Origin: a virus
IMG/VR virus record: IMGVR_UViG_3300021197_001752
Span: 82,706 to 146,705 of that record
Length of the DNA: 64,000 nucleotides
Direction: 5' to 3' (one strand)
In this document: piece by piece, positions 1 to 8,317 of the stretch
How the letters are laid out: each line of letters begins with the position of its first letter
How positions within the stretch are numbered: the first letter of the stretch is position 1
Notes under the pieces: model-generated
Seen by the model: the letters and a program-made list of their open reading frames with translations, nothing else
Database searches by the model: none
What the model was told of the DNA's origin: nothing
Program-made: the position numbers and the translations under genes

Positions 1-95
1 TCTTACATGCTTCCGACACGAGGCGTAAGTTCCCTCAATTATGGTCGTGTGTCGGGCTTATAATAAATAGCACGTTACTTGTGCAAATGTTAAAT

Positions 96-566
96 TTATT
101 TACCCCAGTTAGGGAATCTTTTTTTATAATATATTCTTAGTCGGTTGACCTTGTTGGCGTAAGCTAATATTTTATCTTTGTTCTTTGAAACTTTCCACCC
201 TGGTCCGCCATTATAGCAGGCAGGAAGATTTAGTCCTTGGCATGTTTTATACCTTCTCATTTCTTTCAGGACAACCATCGCTGCAACCGTTGCATGGTAA
301 GGATTAGACATGTCTTTATAAAATGTTTTTCTGTCTTTATATTCCCACTCTCTGCCCCAGAAAGACCAGTTGATTTGAAATAGACCATAGTCATTAGTTT
401 TAGATATACTGAATGGATTTAGTCTAGATTCTACCCACGCTATTGAAACCAGTAGGTATGGGTCTTCTCCAACGGGTCTAGCCTTTTCAATTATTGTATG
501 AGCCATAGACGTCTGTTGTACCGTGAAGTACGACGGGAAACTTAAAGATAATAATAACCACAACAT
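96..566 (-). CDS. Soluble lytic transglycosylase (SLT) domain protein with N-terminal hydrophobic segment
   Basis: ES catalytic motif (WVESRLNP), GLFQIN and CYNGGPG motifs. Confidence 0.85.
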   Translation of the reverse strand: MLWLLLSLSFPSYFTVQQTSMAHTIIEKARPVGEDPYLLVSIAWVESRLNPFSISKTNDYGLFQINWSFWGREWEYKDRKTFYKDMSNPYHATVAAMVVLKEMRRYKTCQGLNLPACYNGGPGWKVSKNKDKILAYANKVNRLRIYYKKRFPNWGK

Positions 567-576
567 AATGATCTAA

Positions 577-759
577 CTAGAAGCCACAGCATTCATCGGG
601 AAACATATTATTTGAAACTCCCGACTGATTAAAACTAGCAGCATCCTTTGGCACCTCATAAAACTCCATGTCGATCATGAAGGTTTCTAGGGCATCCTGA
701 ATGGTGGGTGCCCAGATTGTAAAGGTCATACCACGGACTTCGATTTGAAAGCAGTTCAT
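577..759 (-). CDS. Hypothetical protein
   Basis: ORF coupled to neighbours (ATGA overlap). Confidence 0.55.
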   Translation of the reverse strand: MNCFQIEVRGMTFTIWAPTIQDALETFMIDMEFYEVPKDAASFNQSGVSNNMFPDECCGF

Positions 760-974
760 TTGTTATCCTTTCGAGAACGCTTATTACGCATATACCGATA
801 TTGTTCCCTCTGCAATCTTTGCAGAGTTAATATTCTTTCTTCTTTTATCCTCTTCAACAATTCTCTCTGCTTCTCTGCGTGCTTTGATTTCAGCCAGGCG
901 ATGAACATTATAGTTCCACCAGGCAAAAGCAGGGCTAACAGAATACCAGCCAGTAGAGTAATCGATGGAAACAC
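756..974 (-). CDS. Small membrane protein
   Basis: Hydrophobic N-terminus, basic tail. Confidence 0.6.
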   Translation of the reverse strand: MFPSITLLAGILLALLLPGGTIMFIAWLKSKHAEKQRELLKRIKEERILTLQRLQREQYRYMRNKRSRKDNK

Positions 975-985
975 TCATAACATCC

Positions 986-1306
986 TTATACGTCTTCAAA
1001 CAAAAATGGCTCACCATCTTCGTCAAACTGGACAATCAAAGAGAAGTCGTTTTCAATAGTTGTTTTAAACATTTTACTTTTCTTTCCGCTTGATTTTCCA
1101 TTGTTGAGCCAGTAAACCATGTAACTACATGTTTTTTCACCAGCAAGATTCTCGTTTGTTACGTCATGGGCCTCTGTCACCACACCCCAAAGAGAAGGAT
1201 CTTTATAATGTTTTACCCAAGTACCATACGGCAGAGCGTGCTCTGGACGGTCCTCTTTGAGTTTATCGATAATATCACCTAGAATCTCTTTGAAGTGATC
1301 AGACAT
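986..1306 (-). CDS. Hypothetical protein (SH3-like beta domain)
   Basis: ORF with GTWV...WGVV...YMVYW pattern. Confidence 0.6.
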   Translation of the reverse strand: MSDHFKEILGDIIDKLKEDRPEHALPYGTWVKHYKDPSLWGVVTEAHDVTNENLAGEKTCSYMVYWLNNGKSSGKKSKMFKTTIENDFSLIVQFDEDGEPFLFEDV

Positions 1307-1780
1307 CTACGCCTTCTTTCTGCTTCTTTTGGTAGACCGCTTTTTAGTTGTTGCCTTAGTAGCGGTCTTACTAGCAGTTCTTGTTTTAGTTACAGTCTTT
1401 GCTTTAGGTTCAGTAGTCGTCTTTTTGACAACTGGGGTGGTTGTAACTTCTGTCGTCACCTTAGTAGTCTTAGCAGTCACTGGCGTGGTCGTAGTGGTCG
1501 TCGCAGCAGTCGTTTCAACTTCCACTGGAGTTGCTTTGGCTTTAACTTCTACAGGGGTAGACGTGGTTGTGGCGCTACCACCAAAAAGTGTTTCCTGAAA
1601 TACCTTATGGTGTTCTTCCTTATCATAACGTGCTTCTGCATCAGCTTTACGAAGAGCCTTCTTTACCTCAACTTCCGTTAGTACTTTAGCACGCTCTAGT
1701 GGCAGGGTGGGATCATCCTGCATCATTTCCCTCATACGATTTATGAATGCCAATCGTCTTCTTTTTCTTCTCTTAGCCAT
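1307..1780 (-). CDS. Basic, Thr/Lys-rich low-complexity protein
   Basis: GGAGG RBS; Arg-rich N-terminus, TTT/KT-rich histone-H1-like tail. Confidence 0.7.
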   Translation of the reverse strand: MAKRRKRRRLAFINRMREMMQDDPTLPLERAKVLTEVEVKKALRKADAEARYDKEEHHKVFQETLFGGSATTTSTPVEVKAKATPVEVETTAATTTTTTPVTAKTTKVTTEVTTTPVVKKTTTEPKAKTVTKTRTASKTATKATTKKRSTKRSRKKA

Positions 1781-1816
1781 TTTATGTAACCTCCTTATTG
1801 GTTTTATTAAATAGTT

Positions 1817-2008
1817 CTAATCAATAATCACGCCACCAGTCATGTCTTCGTTCATATCAATAATACAAATGCCACGATCAGAACCTGTAGGTGCTGTGGT
1901 AGACTCTTCATATATTTCATTATGCTGTGGTACTGGTAACTCTAATTCCTGTTCTTTGTAACGTTCCTTACGGCGTCGTTTGTCGGGCAAGTATGGATAA
2001 ATTTTCAT
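1817..2008 (-). CDS. Hypothetical protein
   Basis: ORF with RBS. Confidence 0.55.
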   Translation of the reverse strand: MKIYPYLPDKRRRKERYKEQELELPVPQHNEIYEESTTAPTGSDRGICIIDMNEDMTGGVIID

Positions 2009-2058
2009 GATGGAATATCCTCATGTTAAAGTTTATGACCCCTTATAATAGTTATACC

Positions 2059-2478
2059 TTAAAAATCATTATTGTCAAGAGAATAAAAACTTTGATATGT
2101 CACAGATGACTCATGTTTAGTATTTCTTTTATACCAGCCAGTGCTCTGAACATAATAATCACCACGACCTAAAGCCTGACCATACTGACCACAGCAGAAC
2201 TTGATAGTGACTTCATAGTTATGTTTTTCAGACATCCTCTCATTGATCAGGTCAAGTTGCAAATTGGTTCCCGCTAAATTTTTTAGATAGTCATATTCAA
2301 ATCGCATAGCCGCAAAATGATTCATACCGCTTTGTGCAGCCATCGCCGCTTGGTTATGCCTACGTTTATTACCAGCGATCATCATTTCTAAATTGGTGGA
2401 TTGGAAAAGCATGATTGCTAATCCAGTAAGCAGCATACCCATAGTAACAGCTACAATTAGTGCGAACCCTTTCCTCAA
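2059..2478 (-). CDS. PilX-like type IV minor pilin
   Basis: MRKG|FALIV prepilin leader lacking Glu5, followed by PilX_N-like 'STNLEMMIAGN...QAAMAAQSG'. Confidence 0.75.
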   Translation of the reverse strand: MRKGFALIVAVTMGMLLTGLAIMLFQSTNLEMMIAGNKRRHNQAAMAAQSGMNHFAAMRFEYDYLKNLAGTNLQLDLINERMSEKHNYEVTIKFCCGQYGQALGRGDYYVQSTGWYKRNTKHESSVTYQSFYSLDNNDF

Positions 2479-2837
2479 TATACTACCCTAATATTCCTAG
2501 GCATCGATCGGTTCGGCGGAGGGGCTACTCCACCTGCCTCAACCCAGTTGCGGGGCAGCGCCAGATTTTGTGCAACCCAAGCAGCAGTTGCTTCCTTACA
2601 CCGCTCCCTAGCCTGCCGAGTGAAAGCCCTCTCTAGACAGTTGCGCTCTTCTGTCATCACTCTATTACAAAAGCAAGCTACACGTTGCAGTAGCTCATCC
2701 TCTTGTGAAAGGTTGACGCCCGCAGGTAACGGGGTCTCACTACCAGGCAGAACTCGTGGGCAATCGATTTGCGGGCTAGCAAGTAAAATATTAATTATCA
2801 ATAAAGTCATCATAATACTCCGAGTAGTCATCGACAA
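2475..2837 (-). CDS. Secreted Cys-containing protein
   Basis: Signal-peptide-like N-terminus, paired Cys. Confidence 0.55.
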   Translation of the reverse strand: MSMTTRSIMMTLLIINILLASPQIDCPRVLPGSETPLPAGVNLSQEDELLQRVACFCNRVMTEERNCLERAFTRQARERCKEATAAWVAQNLALPRNWVEAGGVAPPPNRSMPRNIRVVY

Positions 2838-3048
2838 TCACTTTGATCGAGCCCTCAAGATTTCCAGTGCCGAGGTACCACTCAAGGTTGTACTCAGTCA
2901 GCACGTCCAATACAATATCTCGCATGGCGCTACTATGACCAGTGACGACCTCAAGAATACTCGCTCGCCGCAGATTTTTTTCGATAAAGCTCGCCGTTAA
3001 ATTTTTTGCCTCATCATGAGGTGCGCCATGTAAGTCTAGCTTGTTCAC
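2791..3048 (-). CDS. Stand-alone Smr/MutS2 domain protein
   Basis: LDLHG and VVTGHS motifs. Confidence 0.8.
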   Translation of the reverse strand: MNKLDLHGAPHDEAKNLTASFIEKNLRRASILEVVTGHSSAMRDIVLDVLTEYNLEWYLGTGNLEGSIKVIVDDYSEYYDDFIDN

Positions 3049-3181
3049 TAGTTCTTCTCCTTTTTGTTTGGCAGTCCAAAGAAAGCCGATGCAATAACAA
3101 ATGTAATTACCGTACTAAAACCAACCCAGGCTATAAATGCAAATAGTCCCATTACAATCGATTCAGTCATATAGTTCTCTC

Positions 3182-3487
3182 CTAACTTGATGATACCACA
3201 ATTAGTTCATTATGATAATGATATTTTTTAAAATCATCAAGATCGCTAGCGGGCGCTAAAACATAACAAAATGTATAATGCTCTGCCCTATGGTCATTTA
3301 GTTCGTACGGGCTCATAGGCTCCAAACCTACCACAATATAAAGGTCTTCTTGTTCATCAAAGTCGGCGTAGTGCTTAATGCGAACCAGAGAGCCGAGTGG
3401 TATTTTCTTTATTCTTGGAGACAATCTCATATTCCTCAGGGAAGATCCACCACTTAGGTCCTTTGGGCAGCCAGTGCACATGTACAT
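3182..3487 (-). CDS. Hypothetical SH3-like protein (true start probably downstream)
   Basis: LGSLVRIK...YIVV pattern. Confidence 0.5.
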   Translation of the reverse strand: MYMCTGCPKDLSGGSSLRNMRLSPRIKKIPLGSLVRIKHYADFDEQEDLYIVVGLEPMSPYELNDHRAEHYTFCYVLAPASDLDDFKKYHYHNELIVVSSS

Positions 3488-3824
3488 TAAATGATGACAT
3501 GTCCACTACGATCCCCAGGGTACCCCTTTCGATACTAACGCTTGACCCGCCGTAAATTTCATCCAGCATGTCGGCGTAAATTTTTGGTGAACTCGTGCCG
3601 ATGCCTTGCTTCCCAGCACTACTGCACCCTGGCCCAGAACCATAAGAAGCTTCATAACCGTCCATCGTAAACGCAGGTCCATAAATAACAAACTTTGATT
3701 CCACCAAATCGCCAATAGAAGTTTCCGTAATTTTTTTTATAAGCCGCTGTCTTAAAGGCGGCGCAAGTTTTTCGTAGGCTAGCTGCGCCCTAAGGGCGTC
3801 TGATCCGCTGTGGTTTCCTTCCAT
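3375..3824 (-). CDS. Hypothetical SH3-like protein
   Basis: IGDLV...GTLGIVV...VHW pattern. Confidence 0.55.
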   Translation of the reverse strand: MEGNHSGSDALRAQLAYEKLAPPLRQRLIKKITETSIGDLVESKFVIYGPAFTMDGYEASYGSGPGCSSAGKQGIGTSSPKIYADMLDEIYGGSSVSIERGTLGIVVDMSSFNVHVHWLPKGPKWWIFPEEYEIVSKNKENTTRLSGSH

Positions 3825-3987
3825 ATAGTAGGTAGGCTACCGCAGACTCCTTGGTCACTTCTTTTTTTCTTATAGTTTCCGCTTAAATGGCTAGCTTTGG
3901 TAAACAACATGCTTTACAGACACATAGGTAGGGCTACCGTAGGCTAAAGGTTTTTTTATTGCAGAAACGCAAAAAGTGTTTTCAAGT

Positions 3988-4203
3988 TTAAGGCGCAGTC
4001 GAGAACAATATAAAGTCGTCCTCGTGATAAAGCATTGCCTCCGTATTGCCGTAGTGCGATGGGTGTGCATTATGTACGTACACAAAGCCCCCTTTGTGCT
4101 GCCTTACGACAATGTAGAGATTACCCCCAACACCACCCAGTAGATGATTAGGCGGAAACTTTACAAGGTCACCTATTTTGAACTTGTCGCCTTGAGCGGG
4201 CAC
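3988..4203 (-). CDS. Small SH3-like protein
   Basis: FKIGDLVKF motif. Confidence 0.6.
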   Translation of the reverse strand: MPAQGDKFKIGDLVKFPPNHLLGGVGGNLYIVVRQHKGGFVYVHNAHPSHYGNTEAMLYHEDDFILFSTAP

Positions 4204-4552
4204 TGGCTAGTCTCCTTAGATCTTCCCACATGGCTTCTTCAGTGGGATCACTTGCATCGTAGTCCTTAAGGACAACATTTTTTTTCCTAAGGACCCCAAG
4301 CGTAAACTGGATTTTTGGTAGGGACTCTACTGGAATAGGGGAATCCTCCTCGTGCGCAAGGCGGCAGGTCCCGCCACCCATGGCTTCATACGACGCCTTG
4401 AACTGCTCAACGCTGTCACACGCTTGCCAAAGCTGGATGAAACTCTCATGGGTCAGCTTAGCTAAGTAAAAGTAATGCTCTTCCCCGATTTTTGCTACAT
4501 GCTTGTAGTCCCAACCAGGGTTCTCTAAAGTTACAATATTCTCTTGGCTCAT
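4169..4552 (-). CDS. Hypothetical protein
   Basis: ORF with GGAGG RBS. Confidence 0.6.
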   Translation of the reverse strand: MSQENIVTLENPGWDYKHVAKIGEEHYFYLAKLTHESFIQLWQACDSVEQFKASYEAMGGGTCRLAHEEDSPIPVESLPKIQFTLGVLRKKNVVLKDYDASDPTEEAMWEDLRRLASARSRRQVQNR

Positions 4553-4785
4553 TTAGCCTCCTTTAAATCATGTTGATAATACCAAAGCTTCTTACCTCGG
4601 TCTGGTCCTTTGAACCAGTCCACTTTGTACTGCGGTAGTGCGCCTGGTTCTTTAAGTTCATTTACAATCAAACCTAAAGTCGATGAGACGACTTGGCCGC
4701 TATGGAGCCCACCACGGATTGCTTGTTGTACTAAGGAACCGATGCCCATTCTTAGCTCACCAATTTTAAGTCTGTTAGCATACAA
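4549..4785 (-). CDS. Small SH3-like protein
   Basis: IGSLV...LGLIV...YKVDW. Confidence 0.55.
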   Translation of the reverse strand: MYANRLKIGELRMGIGSLVQQAIRGGLHSGQVVSSTLGLIVNELKEPGALPQYKVDWFKGPDRGKKLWYYQHDLKEAK

Positions 4786-4949
4786 TATTCTCTACCCCCG
4801 CCATTTAGCAGCACCGTGCAAATGTACTTGCCGATGTTGCCTTCCCAAGCCATCGGTTGAATCACTTCTACAATGCCCACTAGATCTGGTACATCGCCTG
4901 CCTCCTGGGGTACGCATATTTGCACCATGCTGCCCAACTGGATATTCAT
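4752..4949 (-). CDS. Small SH3-like protein
   Basis: LGSMVQI...VGIV. Confidence 0.55.
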   Translation of the reverse strand: MNIQLGSMVQICVPQEAGDVPDLVGIVEVIQPMAWEGNIGKYICTVLLNGGGREYCMLTDLKLVS

Positions 4950-5113
4950 TCCTCAATGGTGCCTTCCTTGAGCATTAGATAAGCTCGTCGCCCATAGTGC
5001 CCTTGAAGTTCCCACACGATGCCTGTCTCATAAAGCTCTTGGTACAACTCAACCACTTGGCTGTCGTCAAGAGCGTTTTTCTCATAGGCGCTAATCTTCT
5101 CTGCTAAGTCCAT
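4946..5113 (-). CDS. 55-aa phage protein (not in ORF track): MDLAEKISAYEKNALDDSQVVELYQELYETGIVWELQGHYGRRAYLMLKEGTIEE
   Basis: Translated by hand; GGAGG RBS; WxLQGHYGR motif recalled from small phage proteins; ATGA overlap with next gene. Confidence 0.75.
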   Translation of the reverse strand: MDLAEKISAYEKNALDDSQVVELYQELYETGIVWELQGHYGRRAYLMLKEGTIEE

Positions 5114-5123
5114 GGTAGCCTCC

Positions 5124-5306
5124 TTATTGTAAGGTATCCGATTTTATAATACTTTTCTCTATTAGTTCAGCCTTTTCTTCTAACAAAACCACTCTTTCTT
5201 TAATATCGGTTGTCAGAGAGTACAGGGCTGTTACTGCACGTTCTAATGTTAGGAACGCTCTTACGAATTGTTCTAGTTCTAAGTTAGTCAATTTATTCTT
5301 TTCCAA
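5124..5306 (-). CDS. Small coiled-coil protein
   Basis: ORF, heptad pattern. Confidence 0.45.
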   Translation of the reverse strand: MEKNKLTNLELEQFVRAFLTLERAVTALYSLTTDIKERVVLLEEKAELIEKSIIKSDTLQ

Positions 5307-5400
5307 AAAAGTCTCATTTTTTTAATTTACAATTTTTCAAGTTTTCTAAATTCTACAGAAATTTCATACACATCGTTAATGTCCTTAGGCGGCTTATATA

Positions 5401-5475
5401 CCCTCCCTGCCCCCTAGGGACATACTTCCCGTAGGGAGAGGGCCCATGGGTACCCCAGGGGGGTGGGGGCCCCTA
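5401..5475. repeat. GC-rich patch of overlapping palindromes and G-runs (G-quadruplex-type)
   Basis: CCCTAGGG, GGGCCC, CCCATGGG, GGGTACCC, GGGGCCCC; five G>=3 runs at 5434-5469. Confidence 0.7.
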
Positions 5476-5503
5476 GTGTATCACAGTTGGCTACAGCAGG
5501 CTG

Positions 5504-5746
5504 TCAGGCGTTGCCTAGCCTATGCCAGGTGGGCAGTCTGCTGAACTCATTGTGTGTAGGGTATTCCCAGTAGGCATCGTTAGCCATTAGGTAACCGTAG
5601 GCTTTGTCAATGTCCTCTGGTATACTACTCCACCAGTGTTCGGTCACTAGGATACTATCCTCTAGGTTAATAATGTTTACTCTCTGCCGCCCGAAGGGTG
5701 AATGCATAGCGTCAAACTCCTGTCGCTTTTTTTCAAGGGGTGTCAA
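5504..5746 (-). CDS. Hypothetical protein
   Basis: ORF abutting vWA gene. Confidence 0.5.
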   Translation of the reverse strand: MTPLEKKRQEFDAMHSPFGRQRVNIINLEDSILVTEHWWSSIPEDIDKAYGYLMANDAYWEYPTHNEFSRLPTWHRLGNA

Positions 5747-6985
5747 TTAGTCTACAGCGATCACTCGCTCATTGGTTTGGAAGTAGGGACGGCTAGCACC
5801 ACGGCTGTCCGTTAGCCACAGGCGTTGCGCCTTGCAGGCTTTAGGCTTGGGTGCCTCCATGTCCGTAAGGATAATGATACCATCCACGCTGTTGTTGTTA
5901 GCCCAGTCGGTAGGAGCATCGAAGCAGGTACCGCCACACATAACACGCTCAGCCTTTTGGCTCTTGCCCTTCTTCCAGACGTAGACCTTATCAGCATCGA
6001 CCTGGGTATCGAAGGGTACCACGGTAAACTCAGCGAGCTTAGCCAGGTTATTCAACTCAGCGAAGAAGGCTTCTAGCATCTCATCACTGACACTACCAGA
6101 CTGGTCAATGGCAATAGCAATCTTAGCTTGCCGCCGTACCTTCTTGCCTGGGTGGATGTAGGGGTAACGCTTATCAATACGCTTTACCGTGCTGCTCTTG
6201 CTGGCACGCTGGCTGGTCTTGATGAAGTACCTGAGTACCTTGCGCCAGTCTACCTTGGTCTCAAGGCGCTTCATGATCTCTTTGCGTACCCCACCTGACA
6301 CTGAGCCCCAGCCACTGGAAGACTGAGCAGCCTCTTGCGCAGCTTCCTTGATGGCGTTCTTGAGTCGCTCCTTAGCCATCTGGGCTACCTCACTACTGGC
6401 AGCTTCTTCCCAGCCAGAGTGATCATCAAAGTTACCAGGGCTTCCAGAGCCATTACTATTATTTTCTTCTTGCCCGCCAGAGTCGTCACCGCCAGATGAC
6501 TCACCCTCACCGTCGCCCTCTCCATCACCGTCTTGGCTCTCGCCCTCACCCTCGGACTCTTGGTCTTCAGGCATGTTGGCTAAGTACCACTCAGCAGACT
6601 CACCCTTGGGCATGTCTTCAAAGGGAGCGACACCAGGCATACAGCAGTTGTCAGGTAGCTCACCAACCAAGTGGCTATTGATAGCCAGGTCAGCAGCGAT
6701 GTTCCACTTCTGATGAGGGACACCTTCAGGCTTACGGCTGGTAACATGATCAAAGATCAAGTGGTAGAACTCATGTTTGAGTACCCCAGCTTTCTCTACA
6801 TCACTCAGGCTTTCAAAGAAGTCTGGGTTGTAAGCCATCTCAAAGTGACCATTCTCTGGATTGACTCTGACACCCGCAGTAGGGATACCATAGTTTTCCT
6901 TCTTTTCAATCTTACGACTTAGTGCAGCAAAGAAAGGCTCTTTGAGCAGCAAGCGATAAGCATGTAGTCTTAGATCAAAACTCAT
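5747..6985 (-). CDS. Metallopeptidase-like + vWA domain protein (DUF2201 type), MoxR partner
   Basis: HEFYH zinc motif, acidic linker, MIDAS DQSGS, GGT and TD motifs. Confidence 0.9.
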   Translation of the reverse strand: MSFDLRLHAYRLLLKEPFFAALSRKIEKKENYGIPTAGVRVNPENGHFEMAYNPDFFESLSDVEKAGVLKHEFYHLIFDHVTSRKPEGVPHQKWNIAADLAINSHLVGELPDNCCMPGVAPFEDMPKGESAEWYLANMPEDQESEGEGESQDGDGEGDGEGESSGGDDSGGQEENNSNGSGSPGNFDDHSGWEEAASSEVAQMAKERLKNAIKEAAQEAAQSSSGWGSVSGGVRKEIMKRLETKVDWRKVLRYFIKTSQRASKSSTVKRIDKRYPYIHPGKKVRRQAKIAIAIDQSGSVSDEMLEAFFAELNNLAKLAEFTVVPFDTQVDADKVYVWKKGKSQKAERVMCGGTCFDAPTDWANNNSVDGIIILTDMEAPKPKACKAQRLWLTDSRGASRPYFQTNERVIAVD

Positions 6986-6991
6986 TTCATC

Positions 6992-7039
6992 TCTTCCTTA
7001 CAATTTATAGTACCACACTATGGCTACCTGTCAAGTAAA
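6992..7039 (-). promoter_or_regulatory. Early sigma70-like promoter/leader cassette 1
   Basis: TTGACA-16bp(TGG)-TACTAT-AAATTGTAAGGAAGA. Confidence 0.8.
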
Positions 7040-7067
7040 CTACTATATTTATTTGCCCTTTAAAAGC

Positions 7068-7093
7068 AAAAGCCCACCATTACTTCGGTGGGC
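7068..7093 (-). terminator. Intrinsic terminator after MoxR gene
   Basis: GCCCACC/GGTGGGC stem followed by U-tract on minus strand. Confidence 0.7.
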
Positions 7094-7136
7094 CCTGCCG
7101 ATCTCAAGGGAACCTTAGTTTGTGTAAGGTAGAGAA

Positions 7137-8189
7137 TCAGGCTCCCAAGATCTTTGCCAGGTACCCAGCGACGGAATCACCGCCAGCAAGCTCAGCAGCA
7201 TGAAACAGCTTCACTTTGGGTTGTGGCATCCGAGCGACAACTTGCCACAGCTTCATGGCAGCTTCGCTAGGAAGGGTAACGAAGTACTTAGCCAGGTTCA
7301 CAACCTGTTCTTCACTAAGGTCTTCTTCATTGAGTTTTCCAGAAGCGTCAAGCTTCTCAATCAAAGCACAGTTATCATTCAAGGAGAACCCAGCAAGGGC
7401 TTCCGAACGCTCACCGTTGAGCAACTGATCAACCGTAACCTGCCGCTCGTAGTTGGCAGCGAAGTCGTTGAAGGAAACAGCAGCTTCAAAGCCCACGAAG
7501 GACTGAGCAAGGGCGAACATCTGGGGACCTGGGGACTCCAGAAGCTCAGCTTTAGCCAGCACTTGGTTCAACCGATCCCAGCTACGACGGCTAGGGTACC
7601 GCTTGTTAGGCTCGATGTCACCATTATGCTCAAGGTGATCACGATTCTGGTTGATGAAGTCCCAAACCAGGGAGTCAACATTGTCTTTTGCCCAAGACAA
7701 CCAGTCCTCTACCGTGGGCTCAATGTCCCAAACCGACCAACGGTCAAGTTCAGCAGGGTCCATCTCATTGACTTGGTACTGCTCACCGTGCTCACCGCCA
7801 TTGATGGCAGCAAATACGATCGTATCAGCATGAAGGTAGTGCCCGTTGAGCTTTCGGCTGTCCGTCAACTCAAAGATACCCTGGCGAACTTCCAAGGTGG
7901 CACGGTCAACTTCGTCCAAGAAGAGAACAACGGGCTCTTCACAAGCCTGCTTGAACCAATCTGGGGGATTGAAGCTGGTACGGTTGCCTTCAATGCTAGG
8001 CAAGCCAACCAAGTCACCCTCGGTCATCTGGCTGGCACGACGCTCCACTACTGGAAGCTCCATGCCCTTAGCAATCTGGTAAACAACTTGGCTCTTACCC
8101 ACACCGTGGCGACCACGAAGCAGGACAGGCAGGCGAGCGGCAGATACCGCAGGCGCTAAGTTCACAAAGGTTTTGAAGTCTACACTCAT
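7137..8189 (-). CDS. MoxR-family AAA+ ATPase
   Basis: Walker A GRHGVGKS, Walker B LFLDE, sensor N, DPAELDR, PSRRSW. Confidence 0.92.
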   Translation of the reverse strand: MSVDFKTFVNLAPAVSAARLPVLLRGRHGVGKSQVVYQIAKGMELPVVERRASQMTEGDLVGLPSIEGNRTSFNPPDWFKQACEEPVVLFLDEVDRATLEVRQGIFELTDSRKLNGHYLHADTIVFAAINGGEHGEQYQVNEMDPAELDRWSVWDIEPTVEDWLSWAKDNVDSLVWDFINQNRDHLEHNGDIEPNKRYPSRRSWDRLNQVLAKAELLESPGPQMFALAQSFVGFEAAVSFNDFAANYERQVTVDQLLNGERSEALAGFSLNDNCALIEKLDASGKLNEEDLSEEQVVNLAKYFVTLPSEAAMKLWQVVARMPQPKVKLFHAAELAGGDSVAGYLAKILGA

Positions 8190-8196
8190 ATCAATC

Positions 8197-8246
8197 TCTC
8201 TCCCTTACATCTTATAGTACCATGTATACGCTGGGAGTCAAGGAAA
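8197..8246 (-). promoter_or_regulatory. Early sigma70-like promoter/leader cassette 2
   Basis: TTTCCTTGACT-16bp(TGG)-TACTAT-AAGATGTAAGGGAGA. Confidence 0.8.
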
Positions 8247-8288
8247 CTGCTAAACTTTTTTCACTTTATTTCTCCCTGCGAAAACTGT

Positions 8289-8317
8289 TTAACAACCATT
8301 AGTATATGGTGTATAAT
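8289..8317 (+). promoter_or_regulatory. Divergent sigma70-like promoter facing a region with no long ORF
   Basis: TTAACA-17bp-TATAAT. Confidence 0.5.

Noticed and set aside
1295-1681. Plus-strand ORFs including a Val-rich 'membrane' peptide (1329-1598)
   Set aside because: Mirror of Thr/Lys-rich codons of the minus-strand gene
7200-8159. 319-aa plus-strand ORF
   Set aside because: Antisense shadow of the MoxR gene; no motifs, and explained by biased codon usage on the coding strand
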